In this document: one piece after another, positions 10,701 through 20,574 of the stretch | How positions within the stretch are numbered: the first letter of the stretch is position 1 | Layout: the number at the start of each line of letters is the position of its first letter | Virus record (IMG/VR): IMGVR_UViG_3300037468_000371 | Location: 8,723-72,722 of that record | DNA length: 64,000 nucleotides | Origin: a virus | Strand: one strand, 5' to 3' | Notes under the pieces: generated by a model | What the model saw: the letters and a program-made list of their open reading frames with translations, nothing else | What the model was told of the DNA's origin: nothing | The model's database searches: none | Translations under genes and position numbers: made by a program

Positions 10701-13163
10701 AACTTCGACAACGGCCAGATGACCGCGAGCTGGCAGGGAAAGCTGGACCAGACCGGACCGAAGATCGCGGCGGCGATGGCGGGCCTACTCCAGTCGATCC
10801 AGAACACGACCGGCTCCTTCATCACAGGGGTCGTCGAGGCCTGGATCAACATCAAGAACGACAAGACGATGTTCGATGCGGTCGTCAACGACGTGTGCAT
10901 CGGCACGTTCAGAACGATGGAAGAGGCGATCATCGCGGCGGCGAAGGAGATCTTCCTCAATTCGGATCTCTCCAAGGCGCTCGATCCGATCGTCAAGCAG
11001 GTCATCGAGAACTACGAGGGCGATGACCCCGAGGAGCTCGTAAAGGCCGTCTCGAAGGTCCAGGGAATCATGGACTCGATCTCGGGCCTCACCGATATCG
11101 AACTGGCCCTGAAGAACCTTCCGGCGCAGGCCGCGGCCCTTGCGACCGAGCTGCGCGGGATGGGCGTCTCGATGGAGGACGCCAACGCCGTCGCAATGAA
11201 GTGGCGCGTGATGCAGATGAACAATCTGCGCGACCAGATCACCGGGCATCAGCGTACCGCGGCCGAGGAGATGGCCGAGCGGCAGCGGCAGGCGACGATG
11301 TTCAACGCCGAGCTGGCGTTGATGCGCGCCGAGCTTGAGATGAAGCGCGCCGAGCTGATTGCCAAGGGGGCGGTTGCACAGACGTCCGCTACGATCATGA
11401 AGGCGGACATCGCCGCGCAGCAGTCGAAGCTGCAAGCAGACGGCGAGTTCCTGAAGGCGCGCATCAACCTCGAGAACGCTGACATCAACGTCCGCCGCGC
11501 GGCCCTGGAGGCGCAGTCTGCGATCGTCGGGGCGAGCGTCGATCTCCTCAACGTGCAGCTCGCAGCGATCGACGCGATGATCGCCAGCTTGCCGGCCGCG
11601 ATCGACTTCAAGGAGATCAAGATCAACACGGGCGGCGGCGGCGGCGGCGGGGCCGCCGGCGGCGGCGGGGCCGCCGGCCCGTCGAAGGCCGAGCGGCGCT
11701 CGACCGTTCAGCAAGAGATCGCCGGGCTGGCCGAGCAGCTGCTGCCGGCGCTGGTGGCGCAGTCGCGGCAACTGACGGCGCAGTTCGCGGCGCTGCGTGC
11801 CGAGATGGTCGCGCTCGGGATGTCGACCGCTGAACTCGATGCCTTGGAGGCGCAGCACCGCGCCCTGCTGCAGCAGCAGGCGATGGCCGAGGTTGCGCAG
11901 TACACGCAGAACCCGTACGCAGCACAGCTCGCCGAGATCCTTGCGTGGGGCATCGAGATGACGGCGGTCTACGAGGAGCTGGGCCTTTCGCTGGAGGATG
12001 TCGAGGAGGCCGAGCGGGCGCGCATCGAGCAGCTTGGCAACGAGATCCTCGCGGGCCTCGGTGACCCGCTCGCGACGGCCGCGGAGATGGCGCAGGATCT
12101 GGCCGACAAGTTCGCTTTCCTCCAGGAGCACATGGAGGAGATGGGAATGACGGCGGAGCAGGTTGCCGCCGCGATGCAGAACGCCGCGAACGAGTGGGGC
12201 CTCGACATCCTCGAAAACCTGCTCAAGTACGTCGATGACGAGGAGCTGAAGGCCCAGCTGGCCGAGGCGCGATACCAGATCGAGATTGCGATGCTGAAGG
12301 CGCAGTTCGAGATCCTTCTGGCGATGGGAAAGCTCGCGCCGGAGATCGCCGAGGCGATCCGTAGGGCTCTCGCTGGCCTGCCGCCCAACGCGCCGACCGG
12401 CGAGCCCGGCACCGGCGGCGGCGGCTTCTCCGGCGCAGCCGAGGGCGGGCCGCGCGACGTCGGCAAGGGGGACGACCTCGCCGAGCAGATCAAGAACCTA
12501 GTCAAGGCGCTGCGCGACTGGCTCGACTCGCTGAAGCAGGACACGAACGTCTCGCCCCTGACGCTAGCGCAGCGGTTCGCGCTGGCGCAGCAAGAGTGGC
12601 AGCAAACTCTCTGGCAGGCAACACACGGTACAACGACGCAGCGGCTCGAAGCGGGCGAGCGGCTCCAAGAGGTCGGGCAGCAGTATCTGGAGCTCGCCGC
12701 GCAGATGTTCGGCACGTCGAGCATGGGCTATCAGGAGATCTTCGGGTCGGTCGTCTCGGCGATCGAGGAGCTGATCGGCGCGTTCGAGACGCGCACGGAC
12801 TGGCAGCTCTGGTTCCAGTACGCGGACCGTTGGGACGACTACCTCTACGACATGACCGACTACCTCGCCTACCTCGCCGACGCGGAGTGGGGAACTCCGG
12901 GGGTGCCGGGTGGCGCAGAGGCGCGCATGGCTGACACAACGACCGCCGGGACCCGTGCGCTGGCGAGCGAGGCAGTCGAGCGCGCCGTGCGCGAGGGTTC
13001 GGCAATGGTCGCCGACGAGGTCTGCCGCACCGGGGACGCGAACAACGACGAGCTGCGCGCGATCCGCCGCACGCTGGAGCGCGGCGCGGTGCGCCCATCG
13101 CCCGCCGAGCGGCGGCTCGCGGCTGGAGCGCCCACCGTGACGCTGCGTCGGAGGATCGCGTGA
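7707..13163 (+). CDS. Tape measure protein (TP901-like core), 1818 aa
   Basis: FSANEVAQGMEDMARAG, GTGLRR and DNLAGD motifs; long helical Ala/Glu-rich sequence with a hydrophobic segment. Confidence 0.95.
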   Translation: MQLGPIKGYLQLVDQFTQPLAKIRTQLSAFEKSLGKIGQIGMLHEMSTTQLVTLTAGFTGLSVAVGAAIRTSADFEKSMDAVGAIAEASGMQLEMMSNAAMALGRGAQFSANEVAQGMEDMARAGYTVQQTIDVMPVALNLATAAQEKLGHTSMILARSLATFGIEATNASSAADALTSAANATNTSISGLATGLRYVGPVAALAGISIQETTAAMGVLADSGMDASMSGTGLRRIFSELVDPTKAAKKALADMGLTLQDVDLPTKGIIGVLEQLRYGFMALPNDTERAGAAFKIFGDRGAPAMLALTNNLDRLRQVTEEVANSAGVTAKVAGAMVDNLAGDFTKLKNNLNDVLLGMGGQMNDGVRKLVQSMTDLVIAMKPLLEFTGELVGRFAEFLSVIVEFIEKGAVPLKMAIVALVASAMMPLITVWSQFLTMVIVFGAQAIAATGALAALTAGVTALGHAIKAAFMNNPIGILLVALSTLAVYLYERWKKSIAESDKAIAEMARLSDAAASFRTTMQKALATPAEIHLIDVEAAQREFQAIAAAFKAFTEKMAAEKARTGMLSPETLQEYRRLSDLLEMTARWMGVVTDAYDANAGALERKRVEELQAKQATAAHAEEVEKMLPKLESLIGKYDKVYAASIDLRDAQELLTEAMGLGIVDAAEKQQEVIAAAVIEMAKAYAEAGNLKKGLEFLDNAFALGILEMEQYNYGMYEVVSATEEGKEAIKRVEKAQKDLKKSTKELNEEQQRLADESIAKLVDAFEKLNELEVKAANDMALVEAAKQGAAALREVSIELAVQEFMLSAEVRKLNLNAEAWEQYAARVRAAMTLSYDARNLSVSDKLATELEEFKEQVDEILIRGIQSSMQGLFTDLMKGSEDAFENFVDSMKNLFIELIAEYLARMIAAQLAAHVQQMALIMRETEARAAGAAVGGGAGGGVGGLLGGGGSLSSISDIVGLVGAIVPVLAVAVVAIAVLANQVQKAKERNRYDTQAFVNFDNGQMTASWQGKLDQTGPKIAAAMAGLLQSIQNTTGSFITGVVEAWINIKNDKTMFDAVVNDVCIGTFRTMEEAIIAAAKEIFLNSDLSKALDPIVKQVIENYEGDDPEELVKAVSKVQGIMDSISGLTDIELALKNLPAQAAALATELRGMGVSMEDANAVAMKWRVMQMNNLRDQITGHQRTAAEEMAERQRQATMFNAELALMRAELEMKRAELIAKGAVAQTSATIMKADIAAQQSKLQADGEFLKARINLENADINVRRAALEAQSAIVGASVDLLNVQLAAIDAMIASLPAAIDFKEIKINTGGGGGGGAAGGGGAAGPSKAERRSTVQQEIAGLAEQLLPALVAQSRQLTAQFAALRAEMVALGMSTAELDALEAQHRALLQQQAMAEVAQYTQNPYAAQLAEILAWGIEMTAVYEELGLSLEDVEEAERARIEQLGNEILAGLGDPLATAAEMAQDLADKFAFLQEHMEEMGMTAEQVAAAMQNAANEWGLDILENLLKYVDDEELKAQLAEARYQIEIAMLKAQFEILLAMGKLAPEIAEAIRRALAGLPPNAPTGEPGTGGGGFSGAAEGGPRDVGKGDDLAEQIKNLVKALRDWLDSLKQDTNVSPLTLAQRFALAQQEWQQTLWQATHGTTTQRLEAGERLQEVGQQYLELAAQMFGTSSMGYQEIFGSVVSAIEELIGAFETRTDWQLWFQYADRWDDYLYDMTDYLAYLADAEWGTPGVPGGAEARMADTTTAGTRALASEAVERAVREGSAMVADEVCRTGDANNDELRAIRRTLERGAVRPSPAERRLAAGAPTVTLRRRIA

Positions 13164-15784
13164 GCGGCTACTCGGTCAGCTACAAGGACTTCCTCACGGA
13201 CCCTGAGCGCCGCGACGTCTACCTCGTCGAGCTGTCGCCCTACGACGAGGCGACCCCGGCGGTCGAGACGCTGTACTACTCCAGCGACATCTACGTCTCC
13301 GGCCCGGCGGACACGCCCGCCGGTCAGCCGTACGTGCCGCAGGCGATCGTCGCGCTGAACATCGAGCAGGGCATCGTGCTGCCCGGCACCGTGCGCGACA
13401 CGCCGCCCGTCTCGGGTGGCGAGGTGCGGATCGCGCAGATGTTTGGCTCGACTGACGCGCTCGACGGCTACCTGTGGAATGGGCGCGCGGCCAAGATCAT
13501 CCACGTCGGTTACTCTCCGACCGGGAACGGATGGGTCAGCCGGGCGAACGGGCGCGTGCTCTACGATGGAGAGGTCGAGTCGATCCAGATCGGCCTCGAA
13601 GAAGTCACGATCGCGCTGCGCGATCAAGGCGCGCGGCTGCAAGGGCCGATGCAGTCGGCGGCGCTGATCGGCTCCGGGTGGATGCTGAACTACGACGGCT
13701 CGACGACGGTGGCGACGACGACCGGCCCGGAGCCGAAGCTCACCGCGCTGGTCGATGACATCACGGTCGAGTTCTTCATCTACTGCGAGGACTCGACGCC
13801 AGCCGCCGTGACGAACATCGTTGGGCTCAGCGGAACGACGTGGCCTTGGGAGGTGCAGCTCACGGCGGCGGGCAAGATCCGCTTCCGGTCGAACGCGACA
13901 ACTTACTACACGACCACGGCGGGGCTCTCTGACAAGAAGTGGTTTCACGTCACCGTCGCGTGCGACGCGACCTCGACGATCGTCTACCTTCACGACGTTG
14001 CAGGGGACGCGACCACGGTCGAGACAGACGCAGCCGACAACACGGGTCGCGCTGCGGCTTCCGCCGATGCGAGCTTCAACATCGGCGGGCGGCCTTCCCC
14101 GGCGACGGACCGGATCGACGGCTACGTCACCCAAGTCCGCGTGTGGAACGTCAAGCGGACCGAGGCCGAGATCCGCGAGGCGCGGTTCCGCCGCCTGACC
14201 GAAGGCGAGGAGACGGACGCGACGTTGGTCGGCCTCTGGCGCGGCGAGGACGGGCCGGGCGACGGCACCGCCGCGACGAACGCGCTGATGGAGGACGCCT
14301 CGACGATCGTCACGACGCAGGCGACGCTGACCGCCGACGAGACGGCGGGCGTCTACTCCTACACGCGCGCCTCGGGCTCGTTCGTGACGGACGGTTGGGT
14401 CGCGGGGATGCGCGGGCGAGCGAGCGGCTTCGGCACCGCCGGGAATAACGGGCTGTTCACCGTCTCGACCGCCGTCGCGCTGACGCTGACCGTGACTGGG
14501 ATCACGCTGGTCGACGAGGCGTCCGTGGTCGCCGCGCTGCTGACCTCCGCGCCGCTGTCGATCGCCTACTCGGGCGCTCCGGTCTGGGTCGCCTCGCTCG
14601 AAGGCTCGCCCGACACGGCGGGCACCCTGCGCCCGCTGGCCTTCGGGCGCTGCGAGTCCGTGCCCGGCGTGCTCGTCCACGTGCCGACCGCAACCTACAT
14701 GGTGGCGGGGAACATCTGCGAGGAGGTCGTCGCGGCCTACGCGGGCGGCGTGCTGCACGGGAAAACGGGCGACCCCGACCTCCCGTTCGAGAACGCCTAC
14801 ACGGACCTGCGGACGTTCCTGCTCGCGGAGACGACGGCGGGCCTCTGCGAGACGCTGACCTACGCGGGCGGCACCTTCGTCCGGTTCGGGAGCCAGCCGT
14901 CCTTCCCCGTGACGTTCGACCTGAAGGGCGACAACACCGCGACCGCCGTGCTCGGGGCTCAGTACGAGAACTACCAAGAGACAACCGCCGGGATCGCGTG
15001 GAAGGTCGCCACGCTCTGCGGCACCGAGCCGCTCGTGAACCCCGACGAGCTGGACTACGCCTCGTTCGAGCAGCTCGACATCGACAACAGCGCGCCATGC
15101 GGCGTCTACGCCTTCGGCAGCGAGACGATCGCCGAGATCATCGCCTTCGTGCTCGGCTCGGTCGGCGCGGCGGGCTACTTCGACCGGCAGACGGGCCTGT
15201 TCACCGTGCAGCGGTTCGGCGGTCAGGCCGGTTCTTACGATGCCGCGTTCGACGAGCGCACGGTCATCTCGGTCACGCCCGAGTCGGTCGATCCGCCGAT
15301 GTACGCCGTGGCGCTCGGCTACCGGCGGCAGTACACGACGCTCGGGCTCGAAGACATCGCTGGGGAGATCCTCCAGAACGACGACCCGATCGTCGCCCGG
15401 CTCACGCAGGGGTACCTGACCGCCCGTGTCGAGGACCTCGCGGTGCTCGCCCGGTTCCCGCGCGCCGGGACCTACGTCGCCGACACGGGGCTTGCTCTGG
15501 AAAGTGACGCGATCGCCGAGGCGACCCGGCGGCTCGGGCTGTACGGCGGCGCGGCGAAGGCGTACAAGATCACCATCCCGGACGCCGAGTCGTCCAATGC
15601 GGGCGAGGGCTGGACCGTGCAGTTCACGCTCGCCGAGTTCGATCAGGACGGCCAGCCGTTGCAGCGGCTCGGGCTCATCCCGAGCGATCCGAGTTCTCTG
15701 TTCATCGTGCTGCACGTCGCTCCGCTCAGCGACGAGGAGGGCGTGCCGCAAGTCGAAGTCACGATCTGGAAGGGAGGCGGTTGA
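13160..15784 (+). CDS. Tail tip/hub protein with inserted LamG/concanavalin-like domain
   Basis: Follows the tape measure. ITVEFFI...WFHVTV...FNIGG...DGYVTQVRVWNVKRTEAEI is LamG-like; also PLAFGRC. Confidence 0.7.
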   Translation: MSGYSVSYKDFLTDPERRDVYLVELSPYDEATPAVETLYYSSDIYVSGPADTPAGQPYVPQAIVALNIEQGIVLPGTVRDTPPVSGGEVRIAQMFGSTDALDGYLWNGRAAKIIHVGYSPTGNGWVSRANGRVLYDGEVESIQIGLEEVTIALRDQGARLQGPMQSAALIGSGWMLNYDGSTTVATTTGPEPKLTALVDDITVEFFIYCEDSTPAAVTNIVGLSGTTWPWEVQLTAAGKIRFRSNATTYYTTTAGLSDKKWFHVTVACDATSTIVYLHDVAGDATTVETDAADNTGRAAASADASFNIGGRPSPATDRIDGYVTQVRVWNVKRTEAEIREARFRRLTEGEETDATLVGLWRGEDGPGDGTAATNALMEDASTIVTTQATLTADETAGVYSYTRASGSFVTDGWVAGMRGRASGFGTAGNNGLFTVSTAVALTLTVTGITLVDEASVVAALLTSAPLSIAYSGAPVWVASLEGSPDTAGTLRPLAFGRCESVPGVLVHVPTATYMVAGNICEEVVAAYAGGVLHGKTGDPDLPFENAYTDLRTFLLAETTAGLCETLTYAGGTFVRFGSQPSFPVTFDLKGDNTATAVLGAQYENYQETTAGIAWKVATLCGTEPLVNPDELDYASFEQLDIDNSAPCGVYAFGSETIAEIIAFVLGSVGAAGYFDRQTGLFTVQRFGGQAGSYDAAFDERTVISVTPESVDPPMYAVALGYRRQYTTLGLEDIAGEILQNDDPIVARLTQGYLTARVEDLAVLARFPRAGTYVADTGLALESDAIAEATRRLGLYGGAAKAYKITIPDAESSNAGEGWTVQFTLAEFDQDGQPLQRLGLIPSDPSSLFIVLHVAPLSDEEGVPQVEVTIWKGGG

Positions 15785-15787
15785 GTC

Positions 15788-17209
15788 ATGGCAGCCGGAA
15801 TGATCATCGCGGGAATCCCGAACGTCATGCAGGGCGGCATCTGCTCGGTCGGCGGCGCGGACGGCGGCAACCACGCCGATCAGGAGCCGTCGAGCTACTC
15901 GACCGCTGCGAGCAACCTTCCGTCGGCCTCGACGTTCCTCGTGCAGTCCCGGGCCGTGCTGGAGCAGGTGAACTTCGTGGCGATCGTCAACCACAACCTC
16001 GATAAGCAGAAGGGCAGCTATTGGCGCGTGTGGGCGGACTCGAAGGCTCCGTCGTCGAGTAACGCGATCGTCGGGACACAGGAGCTGTACCCGACCAGCC
16101 GCGATGCTTCGTCGAACCTGACCGGCACCTACTCGGCGATCGATGACAACCCGTTTCTGTCGGCGAGCGAGTCGGACTACATCACGTTCGGCGCGAGCTC
16201 CTACGGCACCTTCGGCTTCGGCACGCCGACCGATGATCCGGCGCAGCAGGCCGGGAACGAGCACGCGATTGTCCTGCGCGGCAACGCGACCGGCCTCAAG
16301 GTCACGGTCATCCCGGGCGGCGTCGGAACGACGACCGTGCTCTGCGATGGCGAGACGATCGGCGACGAGGACCCGCTCGCGCGCCGCGTGCTGATCCTTC
16401 CGTTCGGCACGGGTATCCTTGACCCGGACCTCTCGACGTTCCAAGTCAAGGTCGAGGCGGACAACGGATCGCGCATCTACTCCCTCATGTGGTCGCACGG
16501 CTACTACGCCACCGGCACGATGCCGCAGTTCGACAGCGGGTGGATGCTGATCGCGGGTGAGTCGTCGACGACGCAGCTCGTGGCCCCGTCGCCGTGGCTG
16601 AACAAGTACGAGAAGCAGCAGACCGACATCTGCTACATCGACGCGGACGGAGTGATCCACAAGACGATCGGAGCCACGGGTCAGGGTTTCGCAGAGTACG
16701 GGACGTGGATCGCCGCGCCCGACGTCGTTGGCGACGCGGCCTACGTCTACGTCTCGTTCCTCAACGCGGCGACCGACGACCGGCTGAACCGCCTCGGCGT
16801 TCTCGCCGCCGGGCAGTTCTACCAAGTCCCGGCGGAGCGGAACTTCACGGGCCTGTCCTTCGGCATCGAGGACGCCTCGAAGAAGGTGATGACGTTCGGC
16901 GGGCAGGAGCTTCCATCGAACCGACACCGGCGGCGCAAGGCGACCTTCACGCTGCCGCGCGTGACCCGGCTGGACATGGCCGCGCTCGCCGAGCGGATCG
17001 ACATCGCCAAGGGCGTCACGGGCGCGTTCCTCGTGGCGTTCTACCCGGAGGACGACGCGGCGTTCCTCTCGGACCTGATGACGTTCTGGTGCACGCAGGA
17101 CGAGGCGATGCAGGGAGCGTGGGTCCACTCGCCGATGTCGGTCGTCAACGATGAGGACAGCGCCCCCTTCCGCTTCGACCGGACCTACTCGGTCAAGGAG
17201 AAGATCTGA
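15788..17209 (+). CDS. Tail protein (distal tail/tip-associated)
   Basis: Position after hub; IVNHNL and DSGW motifs seen in phage tail proteins. Confidence 0.55.
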   Translation: MAAGMIIAGIPNVMQGGICSVGGADGGNHADQEPSSYSTAASNLPSASTFLVQSRAVLEQVNFVAIVNHNLDKQKGSYWRVWADSKAPSSSNAIVGTQELYPTSRDASSNLTGTYSAIDDNPFLSASESDYITFGASSYGTFGFGTPTDDPAQQAGNEHAIVLRGNATGLKVTVIPGGVGTTTVLCDGETIGDEDPLARRVLILPFGTGILDPDLSTFQVKVEADNGSRIYSLMWSHGYYATGTMPQFDSGWMLIAGESSTTQLVAPSPWLNKYEKQQTDICYIDADGVIHKTIGATGQGFAEYGTWIAAPDVVGDAAYVYVSFLNAATDDRLNRLGVLAAGQFYQVPAERNFTGLSFGIEDASKKVMTFGGQELPSNRHRRRKATFTLPRVTRLDMAALAERIDIAKGVTGAFLVAFYPEDDAAFLSDLMTFWCTQDEAMQGAWVHSPMSVVNDEDSAPFRFDRTYSVKEKI

Positions 17210-18033
17210 TGCGCCGTTCCGCGCTCGCTCTGCTGCTCGCGCTCTCGGCCTCGCTCGCCTCCGCGCACGAGTCGTCGCGGCGGTTGCCGATGTCGCCCAA
17301 CGAGTGCCGCAACGGCTCGCCGCTGGCCGTGTGGGTCGTCAACGCCCTGACAGCCTCCGACTGCTCGACGGGCGGCGGCACGCTCGAACACTGGTGCGCG
17401 TGCATCGACGGCGCGTGGGCGGCGGTTCCGGCTTCGAGCTTTGTGAACATCGCGGCGGACGGGCACGTCACGTTCAGCGGGACGGCGACCTACTGGGACG
17501 ACATCCAGATCCCGGGCTACAGCCTGCGGCTCGGCGCGTCCGCGCCGACCTTCGCCTCGTGGGCGACGCACTCGCCGATCTACGCCTACTTCTTTGCGGC
17601 CGGGAGCGACGAGGAGGTCCACGGCTCGATCCAGATGCCGCACCGATGGGCGGGCACGTCGATCGAGTTCCACGTCCATTGGTTCCCCGAGGCGACGGCG
17701 GACGGCGCCCCGGCGAATCAGGCCGTGGTCTGGTGCATCGACTACACATGGGCTGACTACGGCGTCGTCTTCCCGGGGACGACGACCGCGCAGTGCGGCT
17801 CGACCCCGGCACCGAACGACGCCAACGTCGTGATCGACAAGCACTACATCACGGCGGTCGCCACCGTCGCGCCGGGCACCGGAGCGGACGGCGGCAGCTC
17901 GGTCTTCTACTTCCGGCTGTACCGCGACGCGAACGCCGGAGGCGACACGTACGAGAGCCGCGCCGGGCTACTCTCGGCGGACGCACACTTCGAGTCGAAC
18001 AAGCTCGGCTCGAACACACAGACGTCGGACTGA
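17209..18033 (+). CDS. Putative virion/fibre-related protein with signal-peptide-like N-terminus
   Basis: MRRSALALLLALSASLASA; Cys motif DCSTGGG..WCAC; QMPH.W...I.FHVHW beta-sandwich. Confidence 0.5.
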   Translation: MRRSALALLLALSASLASAHESSRRLPMSPNECRNGSPLAVWVVNALTASDCSTGGGTLEHWCACIDGAWAAVPASSFVNIAADGHVTFSGTATYWDDIQIPGYSLRLGASAPTFASWATHSPIYAYFFAAGSDEEVHGSIQMPHRWAGTSIEFHVHWFPEATADGAPANQAVVWCIDYTWADYGVVFPGTTTAQCGSTPAPNDANVVIDKHYITAVATVAPGTGADGGSSVFYFRLYRDANAGGDTYESRAGLLSADAHFESNKLGSNTQTSD

Positions 18034-18042
18034 CTGATACAC

Positions 18043-18528
18043 ATGGGAGACGACATGACCTTGGACCGCGAGGAGCTGGAGGAGCTGATCCGGCGGGTGA
18101 TCGCCGAGGAGCGCGCCGAGGCGATGTCGCATCCTCTTCATCGCGAGAAGTTCACGCGCTACACCGACCCGGATGGCAAGACGTGGGTGAGCGCGACGAT
18201 GGAGCGAGCCGAGGTCGCCCAGAAGATGATCGCCTTCGTGCTCGCCCTGATAGCCCTGCTCTCGTCGGTCAACTACGCCGTCCTCACCTATGCCGTCCGC
18301 CCGGCGATCGAGGTCGAGATCAAGCGGGAGATGGCGGCTCACAACGAGGACGCCCGCAGGCGCATGGACGAGATGCTCCCGCACATCGTCAACCGCGAGG
18401 AGTGGGTGGCGTGGACCGCCGAGAAGAAGCAGATGTGGGATCGACAGCAGGAAGTCAACGAGCTGATGGAGAAGCGCCTGACCCGGATCGAAGAAAAACT
18501 CGACCGCCTCATCGAGCGCGGGCGTTAG
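18043..18528 (+). CDS. Membrane protein with C-terminal coiled coil
   Basis: One hydrophobic segment (IAFVLALIALLSSVNYAVL); C-terminal RLTRIEEKLDRLIE. Confidence 0.55.
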   Translation: MGDDMTLDREELEELIRRVIAEERAEAMSHPLHREKFTRYTDPDGKTWVSATMERAEVAQKMIAFVLALIALLSSVNYAVLTYAVRPAIEVEIKREMAAHNEDARRRMDEMLPHIVNREEWVAWTAEKKQMWDRQQEVNELMEKRLTRIEEKLDRLIERGR

Positions 18529-18563
18529 ACTTGCACCTCAACCGACGACCATAGGAGACGACG

Positions 18564-18956
18564 ATGCCTTTCACCGAAGCCTTCCGCAACGCCCTGCTGG
18601 ACCACGCGGTCGGGACGACCGAGTACACCTTCGACACCGACCTGTTCGTCGCCCTGTTCAACGGCGACCCGGCAGGCGCGGGGACGGAGGTCGAGATCAC
18701 CGCCACGGACGGCTACACCCGTCAGGCGCTCTCGTGCGGGGCGGCGGCATCGGGCGCGACGTCGAACAGCGGTACGATCACCTTCGGCCCGAACTCGGGC
18801 GCGGGCTCGTGGACGGTGACGCACTTCGCCATCTACGACACGGTGACTCCGGGCGCGGGCACGCTGAAGATCAGCGGCACGATCACGAACCGGACCGTGG
18901 CGCAGAACGACAGCTACCAGATCGCCGCAGGCGACCTCGACATCACGGCGACCTAA
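18564..18956 (+). CDS. Small phage tail fibre-associated protein
   Basis: LFVALF.GDP...GTEV...GY.RQ...NSGTITF...W.VTHFAIYD...GDLDIT, a widespread virion family; RBS AGGAG. Confidence 0.75.
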   Translation: MPFTEAFRNALLDHAVGTTEYTFDTDLFVALFNGDPAGAGTEVEITATDGYTRQALSCGAAASGATSNSGTITFGPNSGAGSWTVTHFAIYDTVTPGAGTLKISGTITNRTVAQNDSYQIAAGDLDITAT

Positions 18957-18963
18957 GCGCGCG

Positions 18964-19539
18964 ATGCGCTCCGTGCTCAACGTCGGGGGCGGTCCGGGCC
19001 GCGTTCTGCCGCTGGTCTTTCGAGGCTGGCGGCAGGTGCTCCTCGACATCGACGCCGGGGTCCAGCCGGACATCGTGCTCGACGCGCGGCGGCTCTCGAC
19101 GCTGCCGCCCGCAGGGTACGATGCGGTCTACTGCTCGCACACGCTGGAGCACTTCTACGGGCACGAGGTCGCGGGCGTGCTCGCGGGCTTCCGCCACGTC
19201 CTGAAGCCGCACGGCTTCGCCGAGGTCGCGGTGCCGGACCTCGGCGCGCTGGCGCGCGACCTCGCGGCGGCGGGCGGCGACCTCGACGCGCGCTGGTACG
19301 ACTGCCCGACCGGACCGATCACGTTCCACGATGTCCTCTACGGCTGGAGCGAGCAGCTCCAGCGCGGGAACCTCTACTACGCGCACCACTGCGGCTTCGA
19401 CGCGCGGCGGCTCACCTCGGCGCTCCAGCGCGCCGGGTTCTCGAAGGTCTACGTCGAGGCGGCGAACCTTGAGCTGCGCGCCGTCGCGTTCCTGAAGCCC
19501 CCGTCGCGCGAGCGGCTGCGGCAGATTGGAGTCGCCTGA
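18964..19539 (+). CDS. Class I SAM-dependent methyltransferase
   Basis: VLNVGGG, LDID, YDAVYCSHTLEH, VLKPHG....VPD. Confidence 0.85.
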   Translation: MRSVLNVGGGPGRVLPLVFRGWRQVLLDIDAGVQPDIVLDARRLSTLPPAGYDAVYCSHTLEHFYGHEVAGVLAGFRHVLKPHGFAEVAVPDLGALARDLAAAGGDLDARWYDCPTGPITFHDVLYGWSEQLQRGNLYYAHHCGFDARRLTSALQRAGFSKVYVEAANLELRAVAFLKPPSRERLRQIGVA

Positions 19540-20570
19540 TGCCTATTACTGTTCAACATGCTAAGAGTGTCACTGTAGCGGACTGGACCGGAACCGTCAC
19601 GGTCGGGAATAGTAGCGGTGGAACCCAGACCGCTGAGGCGTCTGTGCTTGCGCGCCCGAGTGACTGGAACTCGGTCCACGCCGTCTCGTTCTCGATTGCC
19701 GGGAGCGATCTCCCCAAGGTGTTCACTTGGGAGAACCAGCCGCTCGATGCGGCCGTGACGCACACCGCGATCTACACGGGAGGCTCCTCTGTCTACGTGC
19801 ATCCGGTCGAGTTCGCCTTCGCGCTCGACTCCGGGCAGTTCATGGTCCCGGCGGTCGTCGGCTCGTGGGGCTACGGCCTGACGACCTTCTCGGCCACGAG
19901 CACCGGATCGTTCAGCCGCGTGTGGAACATGGCCTTTGAATTGGGGATCTACTCGCTCGCCACCGTTAGCTCTACCCGTCGAGCCGAGACGGTCTGGACG
20001 ACGCGGCTGAGCTACGCTTCGTCACAAAGTCTCTCGGTCAACGGTACGGTGTCGAACAACATGACGGTCACGAACGCGGCGACGATCAGCGGCCCGAAGT
20101 CGTTCGACTACAGCGGCGGCATGACCTACGGGACGTGGACCGCTTCGGGGACGCGGAGCACGAACGTCTCGACGGCTCCTTCCAGCTTCGCGAACTCACT
20201 CATCGTGGCAGCGACCAACCGCTTCGGCGCGTCGGTGAAGTTCCTCGTGCCGTTCGCCTCGACGCTCCCGGCTGGGACCTTCATCATGGCGCACTACTTC
20301 TCCTCGACGCACGCCTCTACCACGACGCGCTACAACGCCTCGCAGTTCGGCGTCGGTATTCTAGGGAAGGTAGCGCACTCTTTCAACAACTGGGTGGCCG
20401 CAGGGATGTCTACGAACACGTTGCCTTACACCAGCGTGGTTCCGTTTCTCGGGCAGATCGCGTCGGGTGGCGCGTGGTCGTCTCTGGCGACGAGCTTGGA
20501 CATGGAATCTGCAAGCTTTTTGTCCGCTCGCCCCTATATCCAGTTTGGCCGCATGAGTTTCAACGGGTGA
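19539..20570 (+). CDS. Ser/Thr-rich virion protein (fibre/decoration candidate)
   Basis: Very Ser/Thr-rich; N-terminal ARPSDWNSVH; visibly lower GC than neighbours. Confidence 0.55.
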   Translation: MPITVQHAKSVTVADWTGTVTVGNSSGGTQTAEASVLARPSDWNSVHAVSFSIAGSDLPKVFTWENQPLDAAVTHTAIYTGGSSVYVHPVEFAFALDSGQFMVPAVVGSWGYGLTTFSATSTGSFSRVWNMAFELGIYSLATVSSTRRAETVWTTRLSYASSQSLSVNGTVSNNMTVTNAATISGPKSFDYSGGMTYGTWTASGTRSTNVSTAPSSFANSLIVAATNRFGASVKFLVPFASTLPAGTFIMAHYFSSTHASTTTRYNASQFGVGILGKVAHSFNNWVAAGMSTNTLPYTSVVPFLGQIASGGAWSSLATSLDMESASFLSARPYIQFGRMSFNG

Positions 20571-20574
20571 TGCC

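Noticed and set aside
11630-11680. GGC-rich repeats in the tape measure gene
   Set aside because: They simply encode Gly/Ala linkers.
12869-17128. 1419-aa minus-strand ORF and many other long antisense ORFs
   Set aside because: Shadow frames of high-GC genes: Arg/Gly-rich, no RBS or motifs, fully overlapping well-supported + strand tail genes.
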